From Halorussus marinus (GTDB lineage Archaea > Halobacteriota > Halobacteria > Halobacteriales > Haladaptataceae), in assembly GCF_004765795.1 (NCBI RefSeq), contig NZ_SBIV01000004.1, positions 1 through 64,000 on the forward strand: DNA of 64,000 bases. The letters run 5' to 3'. This document shows positions 20,908 to 29,472 of the stretch, piece after piece. Position 1 is the stretch's first letter. Each line of letters begins with the position of its first letter. A program made the position numbers and the translations under genes. Under the pieces are notes generated by a model, which was not told the origin of the DNA, ran no database searches, and worked only from the letters and a program-made list of their open reading frames with translations.

Positions 20908-21327
20908 ATGGAACCGGAGGGTTCGACCGACGCCGACGAAGCGGCGAACGAACCGGCGGTGAGCGTCGACGCCGGGTTCGACGCCATCGCGGACGCCAGA
21001 CGCCGCTACGCGCTCTACTACCTCAGAGAGCGCGAGTCGGCGACGCTCGACGAGCTCGCGACCGTGGTGACCGGCTGGCTCGCCGCGCGGAACGACCCCG
21101 ACGGTGCCGGGAGTCGGGCCGACCGCGACCGGACGCGGATCGACCTCCACCACGTCCAGTTGCCGACCCTCGCGTCGGCGGGCGTGATCAGCTACGACGA
21201 CCAGACCGGCGGGGTCGAACTCGAATCCCTGCCGGCGTTCCTCGACGGCGTGCTCGACCAGTCGCTGGCCGACGAGCGGGCCGCCGCAGAGCGCGAACGA
21301 CGCGAATCGACCGACGAACGGGGGTAA
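20908..21327 (+). CDS. winged-helix (ArsR-like) haloarchaeal protein
   Basis: FDAIADARRR..L.YL...LDELA and LHHVQLP.LA..G.I.YD. Confidence 0.85.
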   Translation: MEPEGSTDADEAANEPAVSVDAGFDAIADARRRYALYYLRERESATLDELATVVTGWLAARNDPDGAGSRADRDRTRIDLHHVQLPTLASAGVISYDDQTGGVELESLPAFLDGVLDQSLADERAAAERERRESTDERG

Positions 21328-21339
21328 GCCACCGAGACC

Positions 21340-22071
21340 ATGACACTGGAGGCGTTTCTCGACGACATCGCGGCGCGCGAGAAGACGATCACCGTGTACG
21401 CGCCCGAGCCCTACGAGCCCCTCGAAGCCCAGTTCGAGACGCGGAACGTCGCGATCGAACACGAACCGCTCCCCGACGACGGCTCGGGCGGGTTCGTCGT
21501 GGTGACCGAGGGGGGCGAGTTCGCCGGCTCGGTCGGGATCAACGCGGTCCGGGACCTGTTCGAAGTGCCGAACGGCAACGCGATCGTGGCGACCGACGCC
21601 ACGCGGGCGCTGATGGATCTGCTCGCGGAGACGACGTTCGTGTCGTTCGACAAGCGCCGGATGCTGGGGGCCACCCGAGAGATCGAAGACCGGGCGTACC
21701 GGACCGGGACGGGGACGCTCCGGACGGGGTTTCAACGGTTCGACGCCCTCGCCGCCCAGCGGGAGGTCTACGAGTCGCTGGCCGCCAACTCCAGTCTCGA
21801 CGTCCACGTCTACGCCCTCCGCGACTGGAGCGCCGAGGTCCCCGTGGCCGAGGGACTCACGATCCACACGCCCCACGCGGCCGAGGTCGGCGCGTTCTGG
21901 TTCGTGGTGTTCGACGGGGGCGACGACCCCGAGCAGGCGTGTGCGCTCCTCGCGGCCGAGCGCGACGACGACCCCGGACGATTCCGGGGGTTCTGGACCT
22001 ACGACTCCGAAGCGGTCGCGGACCTCGACGCCTACCTGTCGGCGGCGTACGGGAGCCCCCGAAAGCGATAG
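21340..22071 (+). CDS. DICT sensory domain protein
   Basis: REIEDRA.R.G.G.L..GFQ, WFVVFDGG and GFWTYD. Confidence 0.85.
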   Translation: MTLEAFLDDIAAREKTITVYAPEPYEPLEAQFETRNVAIEHEPLPDDGSGGFVVVTEGGEFAGSVGINAVRDLFEVPNGNAIVATDATRALMDLLAETTFVSFDKRRMLGATREIEDRAYRTGTGTLRTGFQRFDALAAQREVYESLAANSSLDVHVYALRDWSAEVPVAEGLTIHTPHAAEVGAFWFVVFDGGDDPEQACALLAAERDDDPGRFRGFWTYDSEAVADLDAYLSAAYGSPRKR

Positions 22072-22103
22072 ACCGAACTATCGGCGGCGACGAGTGGCGA
22101 GCG

Positions 22104-22505
22104 ATGACCGACTACTCGTTCGAGACGCAGATCGACGTCCGGTTCAGAGACCTCGACGCGATGGGACACGTCAACAACGCCGTGTACGCGACCTACATGG
22201 AGGAGGCCCGCACCGCCTACTTCGCGGCGGTGGTCGACAGGAATCTCTCGGAGACCCCTTCGGTGCTGGCGAACCTCGAACTCCAGTTTCGCCAGTCGGT
22301 CACGCTCGGCGACGACCTCACCGTCGCGGTCCGGGTGCCCGAACTCGGCGAGTCGTCGATCCCGATGGAGTACGAGATGCGGGTCGACGGCGAGGTGGCG
22401 GCGACCGGCGAGGCCGTCCAAGTGGTGATCGACCCCGACACGGAGTCGTCGCGACCGATCCCCGAGGAGTGGCGCGAGAAGATCGAAGCCTACGAGGGGC
22501 TGTAG
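22104..22505 (+). CDS. acyl-CoA thioesterase (hot-dog fold)
   Basis: VRFRDLDAMGHVNNAVY. Confidence 0.93.
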   Translation: MTDYSFETQIDVRFRDLDAMGHVNNAVYATYMEEARTAYFAAVVDRNLSETPSVLANLELQFRQSVTLGDDLTVAVRVPELGESSIPMEYEMRVDGEVAATGEAVQVVIDPDTESSRPIPEEWREKIEAYEGL

Positions 22506-22668
22506 CTCGCGGTCGCCGGCCTCGACAGCGGCCGCTCGGCGTTCTGGGCCCTCGACCGAACGTAGCGCTATCGCTCGATACGTAACGTCCGAAGGAATTG
22601 TGCGTGGGTGCAGTCCCAAGGGACTCCACCTGCATCGTCCTCGGCGGCGACGCCGCCTCAGTATGCGA

Positions 22669-22753
<85 letters not shown>

Positions 22754-22893
22754 TCGCTGTGTCTTACTGCACTCAATCGTAGACGCTACCCGAATAAAAG
22801 GCCTTTCGTTTCAACTCCGGGACGGCACGGCTACACACGCCGGCGCGAGCCGACACGGCAAGGCGTATTTGGAACCGGTTCCAACGCCCGACT

Positions 22894-23448
22894 ATGCAAC
22901 GATTCGTCGAGCGCAACGTCCCCGCCGTCGCCGGGGTGCTGTCGGTGGTCTCGCTCGCGCTGGTGTTCGCCGCCGCGCTTCAGGTCGTCCCCGCGGGCGT
23001 GTTGCCGCGGGCGCCCGAGTCCGTGCTCGCGGCCATCCCGCACGTCAACGCCGCGATCAACGCCGTCGCGTTCGTCGTCGTCGCGGCGGCGTGGCGCGCG
23101 ATCCGACGCGGGAACGTCGAGCGCCACCGGAAGGGGATGGCCGCGGGCGTCGCGCTGTTCGCGGCGTTCCTCGCGCTGTACCTCTACCGGGTCGCGCTTC
23201 TCGGACCGACGTCGTTCGAGGGACCGGCGATGATCGAGCAGTTCGTCTACTACCCGATCCTGGCGATTCACGTCGTGCTGGCGGTCGTCTGCGTCCCGCT
23301 TTTGTACTACGTCCTGCTACTTGCACTGACTCGCTCGACCGCCGAACTGTCGACGACGAACCACCCGCGCGTCGGCCGGGTCGCGGCGTCGCTGTGGCTG
23401 ATCTCGTTCGGCCTCGGGGTCGTGGTCTACCTGCTGCTCTACCTCTAG
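22894..23448 (+). CDS. DUF420 family membrane protein
   Basis: PHVNAAIN, H...M, FL.LYL, HVVLA and HPRVGR. Confidence 0.88.
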   Translation: MQRFVERNVPAVAGVLSVVSLALVFAAALQVVPAGVLPRAPESVLAAIPHVNAAINAVAFVVVAAAWRAIRRGNVERHRKGMAAGVALFAAFLALYLYRVALLGPTSFEGPAMIEQFVYYPILAIHVVLAVVCVPLLYYVLLLALTRSTAELSTTNHPRVGRVAASLWLISFGLGVVVYLLLYL

Positions 23449-23465
23449 GGGTCGTCTCCGTAGGT

Positions 23466-23489
23466 CACCACCACCACCACCACCACCAC
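23466..23489. repeat. (CAC)8 microsatellite
   Basis: Eight perfect CAC units between two convergent genes. Confidence 0.9.
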
Positions 23490-23585
23490 CTCCCGCGCGT
23501 CAGCCCCCTCGCGGAAGTGTCGGCCCAACGACGAGGCCCGCGGTAACGATTGGGGCCGGTAGTCCGGGCGGGATTCGGGACGGAA

Positions 23586-25058
23586 CTAATCGTCGGCGCC
23601 CGCGACGCCCCCGATCTCGGGCCGGGTGACCTCGCGGTCGGTCTCCTCGCCCTCGACGTCGTAGGGGTACTCGCCGGTGACACAGCCCAGACAGAGATCC
23701 GCCTGCGAGCGCCCGAGCGCCTCGGCGACCGCCTCCGTCGAGAGGTACGAGAGGCTGTCGGCCGCGATCGCCTCCCGGATCTCCTCGACCGACTTGTCGG
23801 CGGCGATGAGCTCCTCGCGGGTCGCCATGTCGATGCCCATGTAGCAGGGCGCGACGATCGGCGGCGCGCCGATCCGCATGTGGACCTCCTCGGCGCCGCA
23901 GTCCTTGAGCAGATCGACGAGCTGTGTCGAGGTCGTCCCGCGGACGATCGAGTCGTCGATCAGCGTGACCGTCTTGCCCTCGACGGTCGACTTGATGGGA
24001 TTGAGCTTGAGCCGGACCGCCCGCTCGCGCTCGTCCTGCGTCGGCATGATGAACGTGCGACCGACGTAGCGGTTTTTCATCAGCCCCTCGGCGAACTCGA
24101 CGCCCGACCCCTCTTCCTGTGCGGCCTCGGCGTAGCCGCTCGCGAACGCACGACCCGAGTCGGGGACCGGCATCACCACGTCGGTCTCGATGCCGCCCTC
24201 CTCCCAGAGCTGGCGGCCGAGCTCCCGGCGGACCTCGTAGACCAGCTCGTCGTCGATGACGCTGTCGGGCCGGGCGAAGTAGACGTGCTCGAAAAAGCAG
24301 TGTGCGGTGTTCTCACGCTCGAACAGCTGATAGGAGTCGAACCCCTCGCCGCCGGGGTGGAGGACGACGAGTTCGCCGGGTCTCACGTCCCGGACGAGTT
24401 CGCCGTCGAGGGTGTCGATGGCGGCCGACTCGCTGGCGAGGACGTAGCCGTCTTCGAGTTCGCCGATACAGAGCGGTCGGTTGCCCTCGGGGTCCCGGAC
24501 GCCGAGGACGGTGTCGTCGTGGGTGATCGTCAGCGAGTACGAGCCGTGGATGCGACCCATGGTCCGCTTGACCGCGCGGACGAGGTCGGATTCGAGGAGG
24601 TTGCGCGCGAGGTCGTGGGCGATGACTTCGGTGTCGCCGTCGCTGGTGAACGCGTGGCCCTGCGCGGCGAGTTCCTCGCGGACCTCGTCGGCGTTGACGA
24701 GGTTGCCGTTGTGACTCAGGCCGAGCGCGCCGCTCTTGAACGAGACGGTGAACGGCTGGGCGCAGGACTTGTTGACGCTCCCGGCGGTCGGATACCGGAC
24801 GTGACCGATGCCGGCGCTCCCCCGGAGGTCCGCGATGTCGTCCTCGCCGAAGGCGTCGCCGACCAGCCCCATCTCGACGTGGCTGTGCTGTTGGAACCCG
24901 TCGTGGGTGACGATGCCCGCCGACTCCTGCCCGCGGTGCTGGAGGGCGTACAGCGAGTAGTAGAGCGGGCGTGCGGCGTCGCGCTCTTCGAGCGAGACCC
25001 CGACGACGCCGCATTTCTCGGTCGGACCCGAATGGGTCGCGTCCCGGCCGTTTGGCAT
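23586..25058 (-). CDS. purF: amidophosphoribosyltransferase
   Basis: Propeptide then EKCGVVG; LQHRGQESAG, GHVRY, HNGNLVN, VPDSG and DDSIVRGTT. Confidence 0.97.
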   Translation of the reverse strand: MPNGRDATHSGPTEKCGVVGVSLEERDAARPLYYSLYALQHRGQESAGIVTHDGFQQHSHVEMGLVGDAFGEDDIADLRGSAGIGHVRYPTAGSVNKSCAQPFTVSFKSGALGLSHNGNLVNADEVREELAAQGHAFTSDGDTEVIAHDLARNLLESDLVRAVKRTMGRIHGSYSLTITHDDTVLGVRDPEGNRPLCIGELEDGYVLASESAAIDTLDGELVRDVRPGELVVLHPGGEGFDSYQLFERENTAHCFFEHVYFARPDSVIDDELVYEVRRELGRQLWEEGGIETDVVMPVPDSGRAFASGYAEAAQEEGSGVEFAEGLMKNRYVGRTFIMPTQDERERAVRLKLNPIKSTVEGKTVTLIDDSIVRGTTSTQLVDLLKDCGAEEVHMRIGAPPIVAPCYMGIDMATREELIAADKSVEEIREAIAADSLSYLSTEAVAEALGRSQADLCLGCVTGEYPYDVEGEETDREVTRPEIGGVAGADD

Positions 25059-25248
25059 GGACGATTGTAAGGGAGTCCGGTAGTAAAAACCCTCGCTATC
25101 GTGTCGAAATCGCTCCTTCTCGGCCGGAATGTGCCCACGTTCGTGGATAGTCCGCCGCGGCGACCGCGTCCCCGAGACCGCGCCCCGGACGACGGAGCCG
25201 CGGCTGGCCGATCGATTCACCGAGAAGATGCGCCCGATCCGGCGGCGT

Positions 25249-25422
25249 CTACTCGCCAGCCTTGCTCTGCCACTCGTAGTCGCGGCGCTTGCTCGACTTG
25301 CCGAAGCCGCACGACGAGCACTCTTTCTTCTTGACGTGATACGACTTTTCGCCACAGCGACGACACTTGACGTGGGTCGTCGTGTTCTTCTTCCCCTGGC
25401 TCGGGGTGCCTGCACCAGTCAT
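25249..25422 (-). CDS. rpl37e: 50S ribosomal protein L37e (absent from ORF track)
   Basis: [45 protein letters not shown] overlap with lsm. Confidence 0.96.
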   Translation of the reverse strand: MTGAGTPSQGKKNTTTHVKCRRCGEKSYHVKKKECSSCGFGKSSKRRDYEWQSKAGE

Positions 25423-25610
25423 GGGTTAATCGACACGAGGTTGTCGCCGCGTATAATCGTTGTGTCTTCCTCCGCGGTGTCTTCCAGCACGAGATTCATG
25501 TGCTGGTCGTAGCCGGTCAGCGTCCCCACGAACTCCTCGCCGCCTTTCAGGCGCACCGTGACCTCCTCGTCGAGGGAGGCCTCCAGTACGTCGAGCGGTC
25601 GTCCACTCAT
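25419..25610 (-). CDS. lsm: Sm/Lsm RNA-binding protein
   Basis: MSGRPLDVL...[10 protein letters not shown]...IIRGDN. Confidence 0.95.
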   Translation of the reverse strand: MSGRPLDVLEASLDEEVTVRLKGGEEFVGTLTGYDQHMNLVLEDTAEEDTTIIRGDNLVSINP

Positions 25611-25763
25611 ACCATTAGCGGCACCCGTCGAACTCTTAAACGTACCGGTAGATGGCTCCCTAAAGTAAGTTTCAGTGGTCAGATTTTTGATGTAATCGGG
25701 CGTCGGACGGCTCACCCCGAGGGGACCGTCGGGGTTTTTTACCGGCGGGCATTACGAACGGTC

Positions 25764-28523
25764 GTGAACGTACGCGGGACGGTCGTAGAGGCCGGCGAGG
25801 TCCGGAGCGTCAGCACGCAGTACGGCGAGCGCGACCTCGCGGAGGTGACCGTGCGGACCGACGAGGGACCGGAGTCGGTGACGCTGTGGGGCAAGTGGAC
25901 CGAGTCGGCCGAGTTGCTCGACGCCGGGATGGAACTGCTCGTCACGGATGTCGAGGAAAGCGAGTACCGGGGCGAGACCACCTACGCGACCGGCTCGGAG
26001 TCGTACGTCGTCGTCGAGCCCGCCTTCCTCGTCGACGTGACCGACGTGCGCTCGTGGGTCCAGTGTCCCCGGATGTACTACCTCAACAAGCTCTCGGGGA
26101 TCCCGCTGGCGTACCCGGTGGTCAAGGGGACCATCGTCCACGAGGTGTTCGGCGACCTGCTTCGGGGCCGGGACCTCGACGAGAGCATCGACGAGCGGGT
26201 CGCGGACGCGGGGCTCGAACTCGGCCTGCTGGGTCGGGACCGCGAGGCGGTCGTCGATGAGGTCCGCCAGAACGCCGCCGCGATCGAGGGGTGGCTCGCG
26301 CAGGGCGCGCTGACCGAGAGCGACGACTGGCGGAGCGAACAACTGCTGGTCAGCGAGCGGTTCGGTATCAAGGGTCGGGCCGACGCGCTCCGGCGCGGGA
26401 TGCCCGTCGAGCTCAAGACCGGCAAGAACCTCAAACGCGACCCGCGGTTTCAGGACAAGATTCAGGCCGCCTGTTACGCGCTCTTGCTCCGCGAAAAGGG
26501 CGTGCCGGTCGACACCGGGACGCTACTCTACACCAAAAACTCCGCGCTCGACCGGGGCGAGGAGTCGGGGGATCTCTCGCCCGCCAAGGAGTTCTCGGTC
26601 GGCGACGGCCTGCTCGACTTCGTGGTCCGGACCCGCAACGAGATCGCGGCGATGGAACACGACTTCGGGGTCCCGACCGGGTACGAAGCCGACGCTGTCT
26701 GTGAGTACTGCTTCGAACAGGACACCTGCATGGTGGTATCCGGACGGCTCGATCAGGAGTCGAAGGCGGGACGGATCGGCGACCCGATCCCGGAGGACGA
26801 ACGCGAGTACTTCGACCGGATGTACCGGCTCATCGAGGCCGAGCGCCGGGCGACCCACGCCGAGTACGCCAAGCTCTGGGAGCAGACCGCGGCCGAGCGC
26901 GCCGACGACGACCGGGCGCTCGTCGACCTCGACCCCGCCGGTCGCCGCCAGCTCGAGGGCGGTCGGTGGGAACTGCGCGCGAGCCGAACCGACGGCGCGG
27001 TGTCGAAGATCCGGGAGGGCGACGTGGTGCTCGCCAGCGACGGCGACCCCGTCGACGGCCACGCCGAGCTCGGTCGCGTGGAGCGGTTGGACGAGGAGAT
27101 CGTGGTCACCGCCGACGAGCCGGTCGAGCTCCGGCGCCTCGACGTCTACCCCTCGGAGCTGTCGGCCGACCGGATGCTCACGGCGCTCCACGACTTCCTG
27201 CTGAAGGGCGACCCTCGCCGGAAGGACGTGCTGTTCGGGCGGGCCGACCCGGAGTTCGCGGACGGCGAGGCGCGACGCGCCTCGGGGCAGTCGAGCGGGC
27301 AACGCCCGCGAGACAACCGGTCCGAGACCTACATCGACAACAACGACGCCCAGAACGACGCGGTCGCCCTCGCGGTCGGCGCCGAGGACTTCGCGCTGGT
27401 CCACGGGCCGCCCGGCACGGGCAAGACCTACACCATCGCGCGGACGATTCGCGCGCTGGTCGAGGACGGCGAGCGGGTGCTCCTCTCGGCGTTTACCAAC
27501 CGCGCGGTCGACAACGCGCTCGAAGCGCTCCGCGATCAGGGCTTCGAGGACATCGTGCGAGTCGGCACCGAGAGCGGCGTCCGCGCGGACATGCAGGACG
27601 TGCGCTTAGAGCAGGCCGGCGACCCGGGCGAGCGCGTCGCCGAGCTCCGGGACGCGAGCGTGGTCGCCGCGACGACCGCGACCTGCGGCTCGCGGGTCAT
27701 GCGCGAACAGCAGTTCGACGTGGCGCTGGTCGACGAGGCCTCCCAGCTCACCGAGCCCAACACGCTCGCGGCGACGAACCTCGCCGATCGGTTCGTGCTG
27801 GTCGGCGACCACGAGCAGTTGCCGCCGGTCGTCCGAACCGAGGACGAACCGCCGGACGGTTCGGACCGTCCGAGCGAGGAGGTGCCCAGCGACGCCCCGG
27901 GAGCGTCCGGGCTCTCGCGGTCGCTGTTCGAGCGACTCATCGAGCGCTACCCCGAGGCGGGCGTGATGCTCGACCGCCAGTACCGGATGGCCCAGCGGAT
28001 CCAGGCGTTCTCCTCCCGGGAGTTCTACGACGGCGACCTCCGGCCGGCCTCCGGCGAGGTCGCGGCCCAGACGCTCGCAGACCTGCCGGGCGTCGACGAA
28101 ACCGCCCTCCCGTCCGAACTCCGGGGCGTCTCGTTCGTCGATCCGGACGGTCGGGCCGACGGCAACACCAACCCCGTCGAGGCCGACCGCATCGCGGAGG
28201 CGGTCGAGACGTACCTCGCGGCGGGGGTCGACCCCGACCAGATCGGGGTCATCGCGCCGTTCCGGGCGCAGGTCGCCGAGATCGGCCGGCGCGTGCCCGA
28301 GTCGGTGACCGTCGACACCGTCGATCGGTTTCAGGGGTCGAGCAAGGAGGTCGTCGTGGTCTCGTTCGTGGCGACCGGCGATCTCGGGAGTCCGATCTTC
28401 GAGGACCACCGCCGGGTGAACGTGGCGCTCTCGCGGGCGAAGAAGGCCCTGGTGCTTGTGGGCGACGAGTCGGCGCTCCGGAGCACGGACCTCTACGCCC
28501 GGATGGTCGAGTGGGCCTCCTGA
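25764..28523 (+). CDS. Dna2-like nuclease-helicase (OB fold, Cas4/PD-(D/E)XK Fe-S nuclease, SF1 helicase)
   Basis: CPR...ADAL..PVELKTG..QAACY..CEYCFEQDTC; GPPGTGKT, DEASQ, GDHEQLPP, QYRM, DRFQG and NVALSRAK; GTG start at 25764 after a T-rich box. Confidence 0.9.
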   Translation: MNVRGTVVEAGEVRSVSTQYGERDLAEVTVRTDEGPESVTLWGKWTESAELLDAGMELLVTDVEESEYRGETTYATGSESYVVVEPAFLVDVTDVRSWVQCPRMYYLNKLSGIPLAYPVVKGTIVHEVFGDLLRGRDLDESIDERVADAGLELGLLGRDREAVVDEVRQNAAAIEGWLAQGALTESDDWRSEQLLVSERFGIKGRADALRRGMPVELKTGKNLKRDPRFQDKIQAACYALLLREKGVPVDTGTLLYTKNSALDRGEESGDLSPAKEFSVGDGLLDFVVRTRNEIAAMEHDFGVPTGYEADAVCEYCFEQDTCMVVSGRLDQESKAGRIGDPIPEDEREYFDRMYRLIEAERRATHAEYAKLWEQTAAERADDDRALVDLDPAGRRQLEGGRWELRASRTDGAVSKIREGDVVLASDGDPVDGHAELGRVERLDEEIVVTADEPVELRRLDVYPSELSADRMLTALHDFLLKGDPRRKDVLFGRADPEFADGEARRASGQSSGQRPRDNRSETYIDNNDAQNDAVALAVGAEDFALVHGPPGTGKTYTIARTIRALVEDGERVLLSAFTNRAVDNALEALRDQGFEDIVRVGTESGVRADMQDVRLEQAGDPGERVAELRDASVVAATTATCGSRVMREQQFDVALVDEASQLTEPNTLAATNLADRFVLVGDHEQLPPVVRTEDEPPDGSDRPSEEVPSDAPGASGLSRSLFERLIERYPEAGVMLDRQYRMAQRIQAFSSREFYDGDLRPASGEVAAQTLADLPGVDETALPSELRGVSFVDPDGRADGNTNPVEADRIAEAVETYLAAGVDPDQIGVIAPFRAQVAEIGRRVPESVTVDTVDRFQGSSKEVVVVSFVATGDLGSPIFEDHRRVNVALSRAKKALVLVGDESALRSTDLYARMVEWAS
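27264..27315. repeat. two-hairpin REP-like insertion within the CDS
   Basis: CGAGGCGCG-A-CGCGCCTCG and GA-GCGGGC-AAC-GCCCGC-GA; translates as GEARRASGQSSGQRPRD. Confidence 0.65.
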
Positions 28524-28627
28524 CCGGAGCGTCGGCCGACGTACCGACGGGCCCGTTCACGAGGCCGGCGGCCCACGAGGTCCGAGACTCCACCGAACTC
28601 ATTACCCGCGACCTCCTACGACCGGCC

Positions 28628-28774
28628 ATGAGAGACGAAGACGAGATCCGCGAGCAGTACGAGTTCCTGCAAGAACACCTCGACGACGAGGACATGCGCC
28701 ACGAGGGAGTCCGAGAAATGTTCACGTACTACAAGCGGGCGCTCGGCTGGGTGCTCGAAGAAGAGCACATTTAG
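28628..28774 (+). CDS. 48-aa acidic small protein
   Basis: MRDEDEIREQYEFL...YYKRALGWVLEEEHI* with typical codon usage. Confidence 0.8.
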   Translation: MRDEDEIREQYEFLQEHLDDEDMRHEGVREMFTYYKRALGWVLEEEHI

Positions 28775-28881
28775 GGAACCGAAATCTCCGCCGGAGATGC
28801 CTCGAAAACGTAGGTCAGCCGCGGAACCGGTACGGTTGACCGTGGTCGGTAGTCTTAAGTGGTTACGGGGTTTTGTTGCAA

Positions 28882-28980
28882 GTGACGCTTCGCTTGGAGG
28901 GCCGAAGCGTCAGCGGGGACCAATTCAGGGCGGCAAGCGGTTCGCGGGGCTTTTTCACCCCCGCGCTATCCGCTTTCCTT
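28882..28980 (+). ncRNA. candidate small stable ncRNA
   Basis: tRNA-like promoter CTTAAGT(28854)...AGTG(28881); perfect 10-bp 5' stem; second GC stem followed by a T-rich tract. Confidence 0.55.
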
Positions 28981-29142
28981 TCCGTATTCGATTTTCGAGA
29001 GCGGACGCGCCGTCGTGATCGCCGCCGACCGTCGTCCGAAGGCTTCGATCGTCAGTCGTAACTGAGTCGGCCGATGCGCCGGGCCGCGATCGCGGGGGCC
29101 GTCACCTACTTTTCGCTCGCAGACCTACCTCGGACGTTACCG

Positions 29143-29430
29143 ATGCACGACCTGACGGGATTCCAACGAGACCTGCTGTACGTCATCGCCGGGCGCGACG
29201 AACCGCACGGACTCGCGATCAAAGACGAACTCGAATCGTACTACGAGAAAGAAATTCACCACGGCCGGCTCTACCCCAACCTCGACACGCTGGTCGACAA
29301 AGGGCTGGTCGAGAAGGGCCAGCGCGACCGTCGCACCAACTACTACACGCTCACCCGTCGGGGAACGCGGGAGATCGAGGCCCGCCGCGAGTGGGAAGCC
29401 CAGTACGTCGAGCCGAACGTCGAAGCCTGA
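29143..29430 (+). CDS. PadR-family transcriptional regulator
   Basis: MHDLTGFQRDLLY..PHGLAIK..HGRLYPNLD.LV.KG..DRRTN.Y. Confidence 0.92.
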   Translation: MHDLTGFQRDLLYVIAGRDEPHGLAIKDELESYYEKEIHHGRLYPNLDTLVDKGLVEKGQRDRRTNYYTLTRRGTREIEARREWEAQYVEPNVEA

Positions 29431-29472
29431 GGGCGGGCGCCGCATCTGGCGCGTTCGGCGAGCGAGTCCCGA

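Noticed and set aside
26040..26740. Cas4-like domain as evidence of CRISPR-Cas
   Set aside because: It is fused into a Dna2-type helicase, and there is no array, cas1 or cas2 in the window
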